Part shown: in pieces, positions 26,068-40,160 of the stretch
Numbering within the stretch: the first letter of the stretch is position 1
How the letters are laid out: the number at the start of each line of letters is the position of its first letter
From: an uncultured Chloroflexia bacterium
GTDB lineage: Bacteria; Chloroflexota; Limnocylindria; Limnocylindrales; CSP1-4
Reading direction: 5' to 3'
DNA length: 64,000 bases
Assembly (NCBI GenBank): GCA_963734535.1
Contig: CAVTHS010000014.1
Span: forward strand, 192,001-256,000
The notes under the pieces: model-generated
What the model saw: the letters and a program-made list of their open reading frames with translations, nothing else
The model's database searches: none
Told to the model about the DNA's origin: nothing
Made by a program: the position numbers and the translations under genes

Positions 26068-26636
26068 TGGCCACCTCGACGGCCGCCGCGCGCCGCTATG
26101 CCGAGGCCGCGCTGGAGCTCGCCCGCCGCGACGGGACGCTCGACGCGTGGCTCGTCGAGGTGGACCTCGCCGTGGAGCTCGTGGGCGCGAAGGAGGCAGC
26201 GACGGTCGTCGACAACCCGGCGATCGCCTGGGAGGTCCGGCGCTCGATCATCACCGGCCTGCTCGGCTCCCGTGTCGGCATGCCGACGCGGAACCTGGTG
26301 CTCCTCCTGGCGAGGCGCGGCCGGCTCTCCATCCTGCCCCGCGTCGCGGAGGAGCTCAAGCGACTCGTGGACCTGGAGCACGGCGTCGTCGTCGCAACCG
26401 TCACCAGCGCCCAGCCGCTCGAACCGGCCGAGCTCGCGGCCATCGCCGAGCACGTCGCGGCCACGTCCGGCGCGCTCTCCGGCGCGCCGTCCGGCGCGCG
26501 CGTCGAGGTCCACTCGGCGGTCGACCCAGCGCTGATCGGCGGCCTGACCGTCCGCGTCGGCGACCGACTCATCGATGCCAGCGTGCGGGGACGGCTCTCG
26601 CGGCTCCGCGAAAGCCTCGTCGCTGGAGCTCGCTGA
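26067..26636 (+). CDS. atpH: ATP synthase F1 delta
   Basis: ARRYAEA, VDPALIGG..GDRLIDASV. Confidence 0.95.
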   Translation: MATSTAAARRYAEAALELARRDGTLDAWLVEVDLAVELVGAKEAATVVDNPAIAWEVRRSIITGLLGSRVGMPTRNLVLLLARRGRLSILPRVAEELKRLVDLEHGVVVATVTSAQPLEPAELAAIAEHVAATSGALSGAPSGARVEVHSAVDPALIGGLTVRVGDRLIDASVRGRLSRLRESLVAGAR

Positions 26637-26660
26637 CCCCCGCCCCGAACGGAGCACCGA

Positions 26661-28196
<1,536 letters not shown>

Positions 28197-28223
28197 CGGC
28201 AGGAAGGGGCGCGGGAGCGGCAC

Positions 28224-29078
28224 GTGGCGAGCCAGCGGGACATTCGACGGCGCATCGGCGCCGTCAAGAACATCAAGCAGATCACCCGGGCGATGCAGTT
28301 CGTGGCCGCCTCGAAGCTTCGCCGTGCCCAGGACGCGACGCTCGCCGCGCGGCCTTACGCGGAGAAGCTGGACGAGGTCCTCGCGGACCTCGCTGCGGTC
28401 CTCGGTGACGAGCACCACCCGCTGCTGGCGCGTCCCGACGGAGGGACCCGCCTTCTCGTGGTGATCACCACGGACCGCGGCCTCGCCGGCCCGCTCAACA
28501 CGAACACGATCCGGTTCGCCCTCAAGGAGGCCGCCGAGTTCGAGGGCCGCCTGACGACCGTGACCGTCGGGCGCAAGGGCCGCGACGCGATCCGCCGGAC
28601 GGGGATTCCCATCTCGGCGCACTTCAACGGCTTCGGCGACAAGCCGAGCTTCGCGGACGTCACGCCGCTCTCGCGCCTGCTCTCGGACGACTTCCTTGCC
28701 GGGACCTACGGCCAGGTCGACCTGATCTTCCCGAAGTTCGTCTCGACGCTCGTCCAGCGCCCGGTCGCGGAGCAGCTCCTGCCGATCCGCCCCGGAGACG
28801 ATGCCCACGGTGTTCCCGGCAACCAGTTCATCTTCGAGCCCAACCCGGCGACGGTCCTCCACCAGCTCCTCCCGCGCTACGTCGCGACCCGCATCTACCA
28901 GGCGATCCTGGAGACCACGGCCTCGGAGATGTCGAGCAAGATGGTGGCGATGAAGAGCGCCACGGAGAACGCGGAAGAGCTCATCGAGGACCTCACGCTC
29001 TCCTACAACAAGGTCCGCCAGACCAACATCACCCGCGAGATGATCGAGATCGCGTCCGGCGCCCGGGCCGGGCGCTAG
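28224..29078 (+). CDS. atpG: ATP synthase F1 gamma
   Basis: KQITRAM..ASK, DRGLAG, RQTNITRE. Confidence 0.97.
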   Translation: MASQRDIRRRIGAVKNIKQITRAMQFVAASKLRRAQDATLAARPYAEKLDEVLADLAAVLGDEHHPLLARPDGGTRLLVVITTDRGLAGPLNTNTIRFALKEAAEFEGRLTTVTVGRKGRDAIRRTGIPISAHFNGFGDKPSFADVTPLSRLLSDDFLAGTYGQVDLIFPKFVSTLVQRPVAEQLLPIRPGDDAHGVPGNQFIFEPNPATVLHQLLPRYVATRIYQAILETTASEMSSKMVAMKSATENAEELIEDLTLSYNKVRQTNITREMIEIASGARAGR

Positions 29079-30515
<1,437 letters not shown>

Positions 30516-30525
30516 AGGACCGGCC

Positions 30526-30954
30526 ATGCCCTTCCGGCTGGAGATCGTCACCCCCGAGAAACGCGCCTACGCGGACGACGTTGACTTCGCGACGCTGCCC
30601 GGGAGCGAGGGCGAGCTGGGCATCCTGCCGCATCACGCACCGCTCATCTCGATCCTGGGGGCCGGTGAGCTGCGCGTCCGGAAGGGCGGCGTCGAGGAGT
30701 TGTTCGCGATCATCGGCGGCTTCGTCCAGGTGCTGCCCGACAAGGTGGTCGTGATGGCCGAGACCGCGGACCTGGCGTCCGAGATCGACCTGGAGCGGGC
30801 GCAGGAGGCCCGCCAGGCGGCCCAGCGTGCCCTGGAGGCCGGGATCGTGGAGCCGGTCGACCTCGCGCAGGCCCGCGCGGAGCTGCAGGCGGCCGTCGTC
30901 CGGATCCGGGTTGCCGAGCGCCGTCACCGGGAGGGGCCGCACCGGCGCGGGTAG
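30526..30954 (+). CDS. atpC: ATP synthase F1 epsilon
   Basis: LEIVTPE, GELGILPHH. Confidence 0.96.
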   Translation: MPFRLEIVTPEKRAYADDVDFATLPGSEGELGILPHHAPLISILGAGELRVRKGGVEELFAIIGGFVQVLPDKVVVMAETADLASEIDLERAQEARQAAQRALEAGIVEPVDLAQARAELQAAVVRIRVAERRHREGPHRRG

Positions 30955-30979
30955 CGCCGGAAGCGGCCTGGAGACGGCC

Positions 30980-32326
30980 ATGGCGGACGCCCGCCCGTTC
31001 CACTGGGAGTACACCCCCGAACCGGTTGCCCGCGAGGTCTTCCGGATCGAGGGAGGCCGCCCGCTGGCCGGCACGATCATGGTGAGCGGCGCGAAGAACG
31101 CCGCCCTCAAGCTGCTGGCCGCCTCGGTCCTGACCGGCGAGCGCTGCCGTTTCACGAACGTGCCGGAGATCGAGGACGTCCGCGTGATGGTCGCGACGCT
31201 GGTCGACCTGGGCGTGGTCGTGGACCACCCCGCCCCGGGCGTCTACGAGGTGGCGTCGGGCGACGTGGACTGGCTCTTCGTCCCGCTCGAGGCGGCCGCC
31301 AAGATGCGGGCGAGCTTCATCCTTCTCGGGCCGCTCCTCTCGCGGTTCGGCCGCGTGATCATGAGCAACCCGGGCGGCGACCGGATCGGGCGGCGTCCGG
31401 TCAACCTGCACGTGGACGCGATGCGCGCGCTGGGTGCCGAGATCGAGTACCGCAACGGCTACTACTTCGCGAAGGCGCCCGGCCGGCTCCGCGGCGGGGA
31501 CGTCACGTTCCCGTTCGTCTCCGTGATGGGGACCGAGAACGCGATGCTGGCCGCCACGCTCGCCGAAGGGACGACGACGATCCGGCCGGCCGCCCAGGAG
31601 CCCGAGGTGGACGACCTGATCGCGTTCCTCCAGAAGATGGGCGCCTCGGTGGAGCGCGCCGCCCCGGACACGATCGTCGTGGACGGCCGACGCCGGCTCC
31701 GCGGCGCCGACCACCACGTGATCCCGGACCGGATCGAGGCCGGAACGTTCGTCGTCGCGGCAGCCGTCGCCGGCGGGCACGTGACGCTGGAAGGCGCGCC
31801 GTGCGACCACCTTGGGGCGTTCCTGGAGACGCTCGCCGCAATGGGTGTCAACGTCGCCTGCGGCCGGGACTCGATCGAGGTCCGCGGTATCCCGCCAGGC
31901 GAGGGCGCCTACAAGCCCTGCGACGTGGAGACGGCGCCGTATCCCGGCCTCGCCACGGACCTCCAGTCGCCGGTCAGCGTGCTCCTCACCCGCGGCCAGG
32001 GAACCAGCCGCGTCCACGAGACGATCTTCGAGGATCGCCTCGAGTGGCTCAGCGAGCTTGGCCGGATGGGCGCCCGGGTGGAGATCGCGGACTCACGCCA
32101 TGCGTCCATCACGGGCCCCACGCGGCTGCACGGCGCGGAGGTCTCCATCTCCGACCTGCGGGCCGGCGCGTCCCTGATCCTCGGCGCGCTCGCCGCGGAC
32201 GGGACCTCCATCATCCGCGGCGCCCACCACGTGCAGCGCGGCTATGAGAACATCGACCGCAAGTTCCACGATCTCGGCGCCCGTATCGAGCGCCTCCCCG
32301 AACCGGTGAGCACCCCAACTCCATGA
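30980..32326 (+). CDS. murA: UDP-GlcNAc 1-carboxyvinyltransferase (Asp at catalytic-loop Cys position)
   Basis: [39 protein letters not shown]. Confidence 0.96.
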   Translation: MADARPFHWEYTPEPVAREVFRIEGGRPLAGTIMVSGAKNAALKLLAASVLTGERCRFTNVPEIEDVRVMVATLVDLGVVVDHPAPGVYEVASGDVDWLFVPLEAAAKMRASFILLGPLLSRFGRVIMSNPGGDRIGRRPVNLHVDAMRALGAEIEYRNGYYFAKAPGRLRGGDVTFPFVSVMGTENAMLAATLAEGTTTIRPAAQEPEVDDLIAFLQKMGASVERAAPDTIVVDGRRRLRGADHHVIPDRIEAGTFVVAAAVAGGHVTLEGAPCDHLGAFLETLAAMGVNVACGRDSIEVRGIPPGEGAYKPCDVETAPYPGLATDLQSPVSVLLTRGQGTSRVHETIFEDRLEWLSELGRMGARVEIADSRHASITGPTRLHGAEVSISDLRAGASLILGALAADGTSIIRGAHHVQRGYENIDRKFHDLGARIERLPEPVSTPTP

Positions 32327-33321
32327 AGATCGGCATCGACCTCGGCACGGCCAACGTCATCGTCTACGTCAAGGGCAAGGGAATCGTCATCCAGGAGCCA
32401 TCCGTCGTCGCCGTCTCGGACGACAACCGCATCGTCGCGGTGGGGGAGGAGGCCCGCGAGATGATCGGCCGGACCCCCGGCAACATCTCCGCCATCCGGC
32501 CGATGAAGGACGGCGTCATCGCCGACTACGTCATCACCGAGGCGATGCTCCGCTACTTCATCGGGCGCGCCCGGAAGGGCTCCTTCGGGCTGTCCCGGCC
32601 GGAGGTGATGATCAGCGTCCCGGCCGGCGTCACGTCGGTCGAGAAGCGGGCGGTCCGCGACGCGGCCCTCAAGGCCGGCGCCCGCGAGGCCTACCTGATC
32701 GAGGAGCCCCTGGCGGCGGCGATCGGGGCGAACGTCCCGATCAGCGGGCCCTCGGGGAACATGATCATCGACATCGGCGGCGGAACCAGCGAGATCGCGG
32801 TGATCGCGCTCGGCGGAATCGTGGTCAGCAACAGCCTGCGGGTCGGGGGCAATCGCTTCGACGAGTCGATCGCGTCCTACATCCGCAAGAAGTACAACCT
32901 GATGGTCGGCGACCGGACGGCCGAGGAGGTGAAGATCGCGATCGGGACCGCCCTGCCGCTCGAGCGCGAGCTCCAGATGGAGGTCCGCGGGCGCGACCTG
33001 ATCGCGGGGCTGCCGCGCACGATCCCGATCACGAGCTCCGAGGTCATGGAGGCGATCGAGCTGCCGCTCCAGCAGCTGGTCCAGGCGGTCCGCAGCGTCC
33101 TGGAGATGACGCCGCCCGAGCTGAGCTCCGACATCATCGACAAGGGGATGGTGATGTCCGGCGGCGGCTCGCTGCTGCGCAACATCGACCGGCTCCTCAC
33201 GCAGGTGACGGGCGTCCCGTGCCACGTGGCCGAGAACGCGCTGAACTGCGTCGCGCTCGGGACGGGCCTTGCCCTGGAGCACTTCGACTTCTTCAAGAAG
33301 TCGCTCGTCCAGCAGATCTGA
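32323..33321 (+). CDS. mreB: Actin-like rod-shape protein MreB/Mbl
   Basis: [28 protein letters not shown]. Confidence 0.95.
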   Translation: MKIGIDLGTANVIVYVKGKGIVIQEPSVVAVSDDNRIVAVGEEAREMIGRTPGNISAIRPMKDGVIADYVITEAMLRYFIGRARKGSFGLSRPEVMISVPAGVTSVEKRAVRDAALKAGAREAYLIEEPLAAAIGANVPISGPSGNMIIDIGGGTSEIAVIALGGIVVSNSLRVGGNRFDESIASYIRKKYNLMVGDRTAEEVKIAIGTALPLERELQMEVRGRDLIAGLPRTIPITSSEVMEAIELPLQQLVQAVRSVLEMTPPELSSDIIDKGMVMSGGGSLLRNIDRLLTQVTGVPCHVAENALNCVALGTGLALEHFDFFKKSLVQQI

Positions 33322-33329
33322 TCTCGATC

Positions 33330-34076
33330 GTGGACACCCCGGCTCCGGCGGATTCCCGCGGATCCGCCCTGGACGTCGCGTTCCTGGATCTCCACTGCCA
33401 CACGAATGCATCCTTCGATTGCCTGTCCGATCCGGTCAAGACGACGCTGGCCGCGGCGCGACGGGGGATCACGCACCTCGCGATCACGGATCACGATCGG
33501 ATCGACGGTGCGCTCCGGGCCCGGGACGGGGCGCCGGACGGGCTGATCGTGATCGTTGGGGAGGAGGTCAAGACCGCCTCGGGCGACCTCATCTGCCTGT
33601 TCCTGCAGGCGGCCGTTCCCCCCGGCCTGCCGCCGGCAGAGACGATCGCGCTCGTCCGCGAGCAGGGCGGGCTGGTCGGGATCCCGCACCCGTTCGACCG
33701 GCACCGGAGCTCGATGGCGAACGTCGGCGAGGAGCTCGAGGCCCTCGCGGGGCTCGTGGACTGGGTCGAGGCCTACAACGCGCGGGTTGTCCTCCGCGAG
33801 GGGAACGAGCGCGCCCAGGCGTTCGCGCTCCGCACGGGCCTTCCAGGCGTGGCAGTGTCGGACGCTCACTCGCTCCTGGAGGTCGGGGTCGCCTCCACGC
33901 GCGTGCTCGGCGATCCGTCCACGCCGTCCGGGCTCCTTGCGGCCCTGGCCAGCGCCGAGGTGCAGCCAGGGCATGCCACCTACTTCGCGCGCGGCCTGAC
34001 GCCCCTCGCGAAGCTGGTCCAGCGGGCCCGCGGCAACGGCCGAATCCGGCGCGCCGCGCCCGGCGGGCGTCGATGA
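33330..34076 (+). CDS. PHP-domain metal-dependent phosphoesterase
   Basis: DLHCHT, AITDHD, GEEV, PHPF, SDAH. Confidence 0.9.
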   Translation: MDTPAPADSRGSALDVAFLDLHCHTNASFDCLSDPVKTTLAAARRGITHLAITDHDRIDGALRARDGAPDGLIVIVGEEVKTASGDLICLFLQAAVPPGLPPAETIALVREQGGLVGIPHPFDRHRSSMANVGEELEALAGLVDWVEAYNARVVLREGNERAQAFALRTGLPGVAVSDAHSLLEVGVASTRVLGDPSTPSGLLAALASAEVQPGHATYFARGLTPLAKLVQRARGNGRIRRAAPGGRR

Positions 34077-35203
34077 CGGCGCCCCTGCCGCCCGACTTGC
34101 GCGAGGCCGACGACGCCGCGTCCGACGGACATACTGGCGCCCTCGCGGACCCGGCCGAGGGTCGCGACGCCAGCGCCGACCAGCTGTCGCTCGGGCGGCG
34201 CCTCCGCCAGCCCCGGACCATCCTGAGCCTTGTCGTCCCGCTCGTCCTTCTCGTGCTCGTCTTCCGCGTCGCGCTCAACGTGGACGTCAACGAGCTCGTT
34301 GCGGCCGTCCGGGCCGCGAACCCCGGCTTCCTCCTGGCTGCGTTCCTCATCTTCTACGCCGGCTTCCCGCTGCGCGGCTTTCGCTGGGCGCTCCTCCTCC
34401 GCGGAGCCAGCTTCCGGTTGGGCACGCCGGACGCGACGCGGATCCTCTTCCTCTCGTGGCTCGTCAACTGCCTCGTGCCCGCCAAGCTCGGGGACGTCTA
34501 CCGCGCCTACCTCCTGAAGATCAACAGCACGGCCTCGCTCTCGCGGACCTTCGGGACGGTGTTCATCGAGCGGATCCTGGACCTCTTCGCGATCGCGGTC
34601 CTGGGCCTCGCAGCCGGCTACTGGAGCTTCCGGAACGGGCTGCCGCCGTCGATCCAGGTGGTCTTTGCCATCGGCGTGGGGGTCGTCGTGGTCCTGGCCC
34701 TGATGCTCCTCACGTTGCGCAACTTCGGGCGGCGAATCCTGGTCCGGCTGCCGATCCCGCGCCGCGCGCGCCTCCTCGAGCTCTACGATCGGTTCGAAGA
34801 GGGCGTGTTCGGGGCCGTCGGAATCCGGGCGCTCCCCGGCCTCGTCATGGTGACCGGGCTCATCTGGGCGACGGAGGCGCTGCGGCTCTATCTCGTGGTC
34901 CGGGCGCTCGGCTTCCAGAGCGTCGAGCTGGGCATCTCGGGGTCGTTCTTCGTCGCGCTGATCGGCTCGCTCCTCACGGCGGTCCCGCTGAGCCCGGCCG
35001 GCCTCGGGATCGTGGAGCTGGGAGTGGTGGGCGTCATGACCGCGGCGTACGGGATCCCGCTGACGCAGGCCACCACGATCGCGCTCGTCGACCGGACGAT
35101 CAGCGTCTTCTCGATCATCGTCTTCGGCGGGATCTTCTACGCGATCTCGCCGCTCCGGAAGGGCGGTGGCCACGTCGGCGAGGAGATGCCGGCCCGCGGT
35201 TGA
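34073..35203 (+). CDS. Lysylphosphatidylglycerol-synthase-TM (UPF0104) flippase-like membrane protein
   Basis: RGFRW, NCLVPAKLGDVYR, ERILD, PAGLGIVE. Confidence 0.85.
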   Translation: MTAPLPPDLREADDAASDGHTGALADPAEGRDASADQLSLGRRLRQPRTILSLVVPLVLLVLVFRVALNVDVNELVAAVRAANPGFLLAAFLIFYAGFPLRGFRWALLLRGASFRLGTPDATRILFLSWLVNCLVPAKLGDVYRAYLLKINSTASLSRTFGTVFIERILDLFAIAVLGLAAGYWSFRNGLPPSIQVVFAIGVGVVVVLALMLLTLRNFGRRILVRLPIPRRARLLELYDRFEEGVFGAVGIRALPGLVMVTGLIWATEALRLYLVVRALGFQSVELGISGSFFVALIGSLLTAVPLSPAGLGIVELGVVGVMTAAYGIPLTQATTIALVDRTISVFSIIVFGGIFYAISPLRKGGGHVGEEMPARG

Positions 35204-35319
35204 GCCCGCCGACCGGCGTTCGCCGGGAGTACGAACGGGTCATGGTTCCGGGACGCGCCACTTCCGATAGTGATCTCGACGCGGCACCCCCCGCGTGACC
35301 AGGGAGCGCTCAGCCCAAC

Positions 35320-35841
35320 ATGACCACGCAGACCGGTCGGCCCTTCAACGAATGGCTGCGAGCCCAGCTCAAGGCCAAGAAGATGTCACAGCGCCAGCTG
35401 GCGCAGGCGTCCGGCGTCGACCACTCCACGATCTCGCGCCTCGTCCGCGGCGATCGGACGCCGTCGCTCGGGACGGCCACGAAGCTCGCCCGCGGCCTGC
35501 GTGAGATCCGCGAGGATGCGGACGCGCCGCAGTACCTGGGCCTGGTCTCCGGCGGCACGACCATGAACCCAACCGCACGCATCGAGTACGCGCTGCGCGC
35601 CGACGAGGCGCTCGGCGAGGCGCAGGTGCGGCAGGTGATGGAGTACTACCTCGCGGTGCGGATGCGCAGGTACGCGCGCCCGGTGGCGCCCCCCGCTACC
35701 CGCCCGCTCTACCCGGCGCTCTCCGCCCGGCAGGGCGTCACGGCGCTCGCCTCCGCCGTCGGGGGTTCATCCACGTCTGACCGCGGGATGCTTGCCGCCC
35801 GACCATCGAGCCTTCTCACGCGGCGGCCCCCGAGCCGCTGA
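35320..35841 (+). CDS. XRE-family HTH transcriptional regulator
   Basis: MSQRQLAQASGVDHSTISRLVRGDRTPS. Confidence 0.85.
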   Translation: MTTQTGRPFNEWLRAQLKAKKMSQRQLAQASGVDHSTISRLVRGDRTPSLGTATKLARGLREIREDADAPQYLGLVSGGTTMNPTARIEYALRADEALGEAQVRQVMEYYLAVRMRRYARPVAPPATRPLYPALSARQGVTALASAVGGSSTSDRGMLAARPSSLLTRRPPSR

Positions 35842-35894
35842 ACCGACCATCCTCGCCCCCCGGGAGGTCCCTCCCCTTTCCGGGTCTCAGGCAA

Positions 35895-35927
35895 GCGAAC
35901 GCCGGCGTCTGGGACGCCGGCGTTCGC
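35895..35927. terminator. Perfect 15-bp hairpin between convergent genes (probable bidirectional terminator)
   Basis: GCGAACGCCGGCGTC-TGG-GACGCCGGCGTTCGC; no long U tract. Confidence 0.6.
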
Positions 35928-35931
35928 ACGT

Positions 35932-37501
35932 TCACGGGGCGGCGCGCTCGTAGACGGAGATGGTCCTGCCCGGAGCAGGCGCGAACCGGTCCAGCAGCAC
36001 CGGCCCGACGACGCCGGCACGATCCAGCGCGGCCGCCTCCGCGGGCCCCCGGCATGCGACGCCGACGACCTTCTCGAACAAGTCGTCGCAGATGACCACC
36101 AGCCGGCGTGCGGCGGATCACCTCCACCGGCGTCACGCCCAGCAACCCGAGCGGATACGAATAGGCCGTGACCGGCTTGAAGGGCGGCACGTCCAGGAGC
36201 GCCGTCGGGATGTCGCGGATCTCCGCCGCGAGCCGGGCCGCGGCGTCGCGAGCCGCGGGCCAGTCCCCGTTGGCGGCCACGGCGGGCGGCTGCGTGCCCA
36301 GGTTCCAGGCGACCAGCGCCGTCACCCCGATGACGGCAAGCCCCCGCCCGGCGCGATCGCGCTTCCAGAGCGCCGCTGCACCGAGGCCGACCAGCACGAG
36401 GACGGCCGGATCCACGAACGCGTGGTAATGGTCCACGGGGAGCGGCGTCACGGTCGCCAGCGACGCCACGAACAGGGTGAGGAGCAGGGTTGAGGAGACC
36501 ACCCAGCCCATGAGCCACCGCGTGGCGGTCGCCTCCGCGCCGCGGGACGCGGCGACCCGCCAGACAACCAGCGAACCGGCTGCGACGACGGCGATCACGG
36601 CGGCAGCCGGCGCATCGGTCACCAGCCCGACGAGCGGCCAGGCGGCGATCCGCAGCGGCACGAAGAAGAGCCGAATGACGAGACCGGGGCCGGATGCGTC
36701 GCCGCCCGCGCGCAGGAAGTCGAGCGCCGCGCGGCTCTGGTCGAACCCCGACCCAAGCTCGTGGAGCAGGAGCGGGAGATAGCCGAGCGCGATCAGGCCG
36801 AGGCCGGCCAGGCCCCAGCGGGCGGTCGACCCCCGGCGACCGGGCTCCCGGCGCAGGTCGGCCAGCCACAGGGCGGCAAGCGCGGGGAGCGCCACGATCC
36901 CGAGGAGGTGCGCCTGCTGGACCACGGCCTGGGCTGCGCCCGCTGCAAGCCACCAGCGCGCGTTGCGCGTCGCCCAGGCGCGCCACCCGCAGGCGAGCGC
37001 GAGCGCGGCCGCGAGCGGCAGCAGGTTCGGGTTCCAGATGAAGGTCGAGCCGCCGACCGCCGTGGCCGACGTCGCGGCGAGCAGGCCGGCGAACAGCCCG
37101 GCGACCGGTCCGCCCATCGCGCGGCCGAGCCACCACACGACGCCGACCGCGGCGATCCCGGCCAGCGCGATCCACAGGACCACCGCGGTCGGGTCCGTGC
37201 CGCCGGCGGGGATCGCGGCCGGGGCGAGCAGGTAGTAGTAGAGCGCGCCGTGGTGGACATTGCCGATCGACGTCTGCGGGCCCAGCAGCGGCACCACGCC
37301 GTGCGTGACGAACGCCTGCAGCGTCGCCATGTCCACGCCCTGGTCGGAGTCCCACCCGCCGCGCTCCGCGATGCCCGGGATGCGAAGCAGGGCCGCCAGC
37401 AGGACGACACCGCCGAGCACGGCGAGATCGCGCGTCCGGGCAGGGAGTGCCATCAGACGGGCGCCCGCATCGCGCCAGCCCGCCGTGGCCTCCCGGGTCA
37501 C
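35932..37501 (-). CDS. GT39/ArnT-like GT-C membrane glycosyltransferase (frameshift ~36110)
   Basis: ALLR..WDSDQ, PLLGP.TS, HGALYYYL, FIWNPN; multi-TM. Confidence 0.75.
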
Positions 37502-38503
37502 GTGGGCCCGGCCGCGCGGGACCTGGTCCCGCGCATCTCGAGCGCCTCCGCAGGCAGCTGCGGCGGCAGGCGGCCGGCGGCAAGGTCGTGGGCGCGCCCC
37601 ATGTTGATCGCGTCGTAGCCCTCGTCCATGCCGGGTGTCTCGAGGTAGTACGCCACGTGGGCCAGCGCGGGGTGGGTCAGGATCCGGGCCAGGCCGTCGG
37701 CGCCGATCTCACCGGCGGCGAGGTGCTGGTGTCGATCGCCGCGCGACCCGAACGGCACCCTCGAATCGTTGAGGTGGACCATCGAGAGGCGCTCGAGGCC
37801 GATCCTGGCGGCGATCGCGTCCACCAGGGCGTCGACGTCGTCCCCGGTGCCGATCGCCACGCCCGCGCCCCACAGGTGGGCCGTGTCCAGGCAGAGCCCG
37901 ACCCGGTCCGCCGCGATGCCCCGGGCGCCGATCGCGTCGAGGATCCGGGCCAGCTCGTCCACGCTCGTGCCCAGGCCGTCGCCGCTTCCCGCCGAGTTCT
38001 CGAGGACCAGCCTGGCAGCATCTGCACCCGCGGGTGCCTCCGCCAGGACGCGGGCGAGGCCGTCTGCCAGCCGCGCGATCCCGGCCTCGACGCCCGCGCC
38101 CCGGTGGGACCCGACATGGACGTTGACGAAGCGTGCTCCGTATGCCGGCGCCACCGCGAGCTCGCGCGACAGGACGCCGATCGACCGCTCGAAGAGGTCG
38201 CCGTCCGACCCGGCCAGGTTCACGAGGTAGGCAGCGTGGATCGCGAGCGGTCCGAGGCCCAGCTCCGAGATCCTCGCCCGGAACGCAGGCAGCTCGTCCG
38301 GGAGCGCGTCCCGGCGGCGCCATGCGGTCGGGTTGTCGGCGAAGAGCTGGAGCGTGTCGGCGCCGATCGCCGCCGCGCGCTCGGCCGCGCGGACCATCCC
38401 CGGCCCAAGGGGCAGATGGACACCCAGGCGGCGGCCCCCGGGGAGCTGCGGACGCGGAGCACTCGGCTCGGCAGCGGCCGTGTTCCGAGGGTCTGACAGG
38501 CAT
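37498..38503 (-). CDS. nfo: Endonuclease IV (AP endonuclease family 2); 5' region frameshifted
   Basis: LGVHL, QLFADNP, HAAYLVNL, LENSAG, CLDTAH, HLNDS, DRHQH, LETP. Confidence 0.93.
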
Positions 38504-38630
38504 CCACGGGATCGTACAGGAGCCCGGACTGCCCGGGCAGCGCGCCGCCCGCGGTCGCCGCGCCCGGCTCCCGTGTTGTCTCCGCCGCTGTTGTGTCGCC
38601 CGCCCGCGAGCGCGCTCGCGGAGCGCCGCC

Positions 38631-39218
38631 TCAGCGGGCGCGGGGCGCCTTGCTCGACGTGTATTCGCCGGCCACGATCGGCTCGATCAGCCCGAAATCC
38701 CCGTCGCGGCGCCGATAGAGCACGTTCACGCGCTCGTTCTCCGCGTTCACGAAGACGAAGAACGCGTGTCCGAGCGACTCCATCTCCGCGATGGCGTCCT
38801 CCTCGAACATCGGCTGGATCGCGAAGCGCTTCGACTTGACCACCCGGCGCTCGCGTTCGCCATCAGCCGTCCCGTCCGCGATCTTCGAGAGGATTCCCTT
38901 CTCCTCCGGCCCGCGGGCCCGGACGCGCGGCTTCTCGCGGTGGTCCACGGCGCGCCGCTCCACCTTGTCGACGACCTCGTCGATCGCGGCCTCGTACGTC
39001 ACGGCGTCAGCCCGGCCGCGCAGCGGCTGGCCGTCGATCACCAGGGTCACCTCGGCGATCCGCGAGTCCTCGGTGCTCCTGTGGTGCTCGACCGAGATCT
39101 CGAGAATCGCGTCCGTCCGGTCATCGAGGAAGCGCTCCAGGCGCCGCATCTTCCGCTCGGCATACTGCCGCACGGCGTCCGGGACATCGAGGTTCTTGCC
39201 CTTGACGATCGTCCTCAC
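38631..39218 (-). CDS. hpf: Ribosome hibernation promoting factor (long HPF)
   Basis: KGKNLDV..YAERK, AAIDEVVDK, PM..EDAI..M..LGH.FFVF.N..VLYRR.DG. Confidence 0.93.
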   Translation of the reverse strand: MRTIVKGKNLDVPDAVRQYAERKMRRLERFLDDRTDAILEISVEHHRSTEDSRIAEVTLVIDGQPLRGRADAVTYEAAIDEVVDKVERRAVDHREKPRVRARGPEEKGILSKIADGTADGERERRVVKSKRFAIQPMFEEDAIAEMESLGHAFFVFVNAENERVNVLYRRRDGDFGLIEPIVAGEYTSSKAPRAR

Positions 39219-39312
39219 GGTTGACCTCCAGGGTGGCGGCGGCCCGCGACGCGAGGCGCGACGAGAGCCACCGGCAGGCGTGGTCCGAGTATAGCCCCGG
39301 CTCCCGCGCCGC

Positions 39313-40044
39313 TCACCCGGCCGGTTCTCGATGCGCCGCCCGGCCGGTCACGCTTCCCGGGCCACGGTGCAGGCCGAGACGCCCGCCGGCGCCCTCCGCG
39401 AGGAGCGCGTTGGCGCACGCGACGAGCGTCGCGCCGGTGGTGGCGACATCGTCGATGAGCACGATCCAGCGTCCGGCCACGACCGTCCGCGACGCGTCCC
39501 GTACCCGAAACGCGTCCGCCACGTTCGCGGCGCGGTGCTCGCGCCCCAGCTCGAACTGCGGCACGGTCGCGCGGTCCCGGCCGAGCGCCACGACCGCCGG
39601 GATCCGCAGGTGAGCCGCGGCCGCGTCGGCGAGCAGGACTGCCTGGTCGTAGCCGCGTCGTCGTCGCCGCTCCTCGTGGATCGGGACCGGGACCAGCATG
39701 TCGCCGCCGGCCCCGGCCTCTGCCCAGCGGGCTGCGATCGCGGCACCGAGGGGCTCGGCCAGCCGGCGCTCGCCCGCGTACTTGAGCGCGTGGAGGGCGC
39801 TTCGCACGACCCCCGCGAACGGGGCGCACCACTCGAGCTGGAGCAGCGGCAGCGGGACGCTCGACGGAAGCCCGAGGGGCGCACCCGGCGGGATTCCACG
39901 CCTGGCGGCGAGGGCCGGCAGGCACTCGCCGCAGAGGGGCGCCCCTTCGACGCCGCATCCGGCACACACCGCCGGGAACGCCGCGTCGAGGACGCGTGCC
40001 GCGATCCGGGAGGGTGAGGCGAATCCGGGAGTGATCCTGGCCAT
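39313..40044 (-). CDS. comF: ComF-family double-zinc-ribbon / PRTase protein
   Basis: CAGC..CGEC, LKY, VPVP..RGYDQ, IDDVATTGAT; frameshift near 3' end. Confidence 0.9.
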   Translation of the reverse strand: MARITPGFASPSRIAARVLDAAFPAVCAGCGVEGAPLCGECLPALAARRGIPPGAPLGLPSSVPLPLLQLEWCAPFAGVVRSALHALKYAGERRLAEPLGAAIAARWAEAGAGGDMLVPVPIHEERRRRRGYDQAVLLADAAAAHLRIPAVVALGRDRATVPQFELGREHRAANVADAFRVRDASRTVVAGRWIVLIDDVATTGATLVACANALLAEGAGGRLGLHRGPGSVTGRAAHREPAG

Positions 40045-40160
40045 CCGCGAAATGGTGATCGGCGACGCTTACCGCGGGAGCACCTGCCGATCCACCGACG
40101 TTGCACCTTGGCTCTTGCGGAGCCTCGCAGAGCGCCGGCCCCGCCTGCGCCAGACAACGC

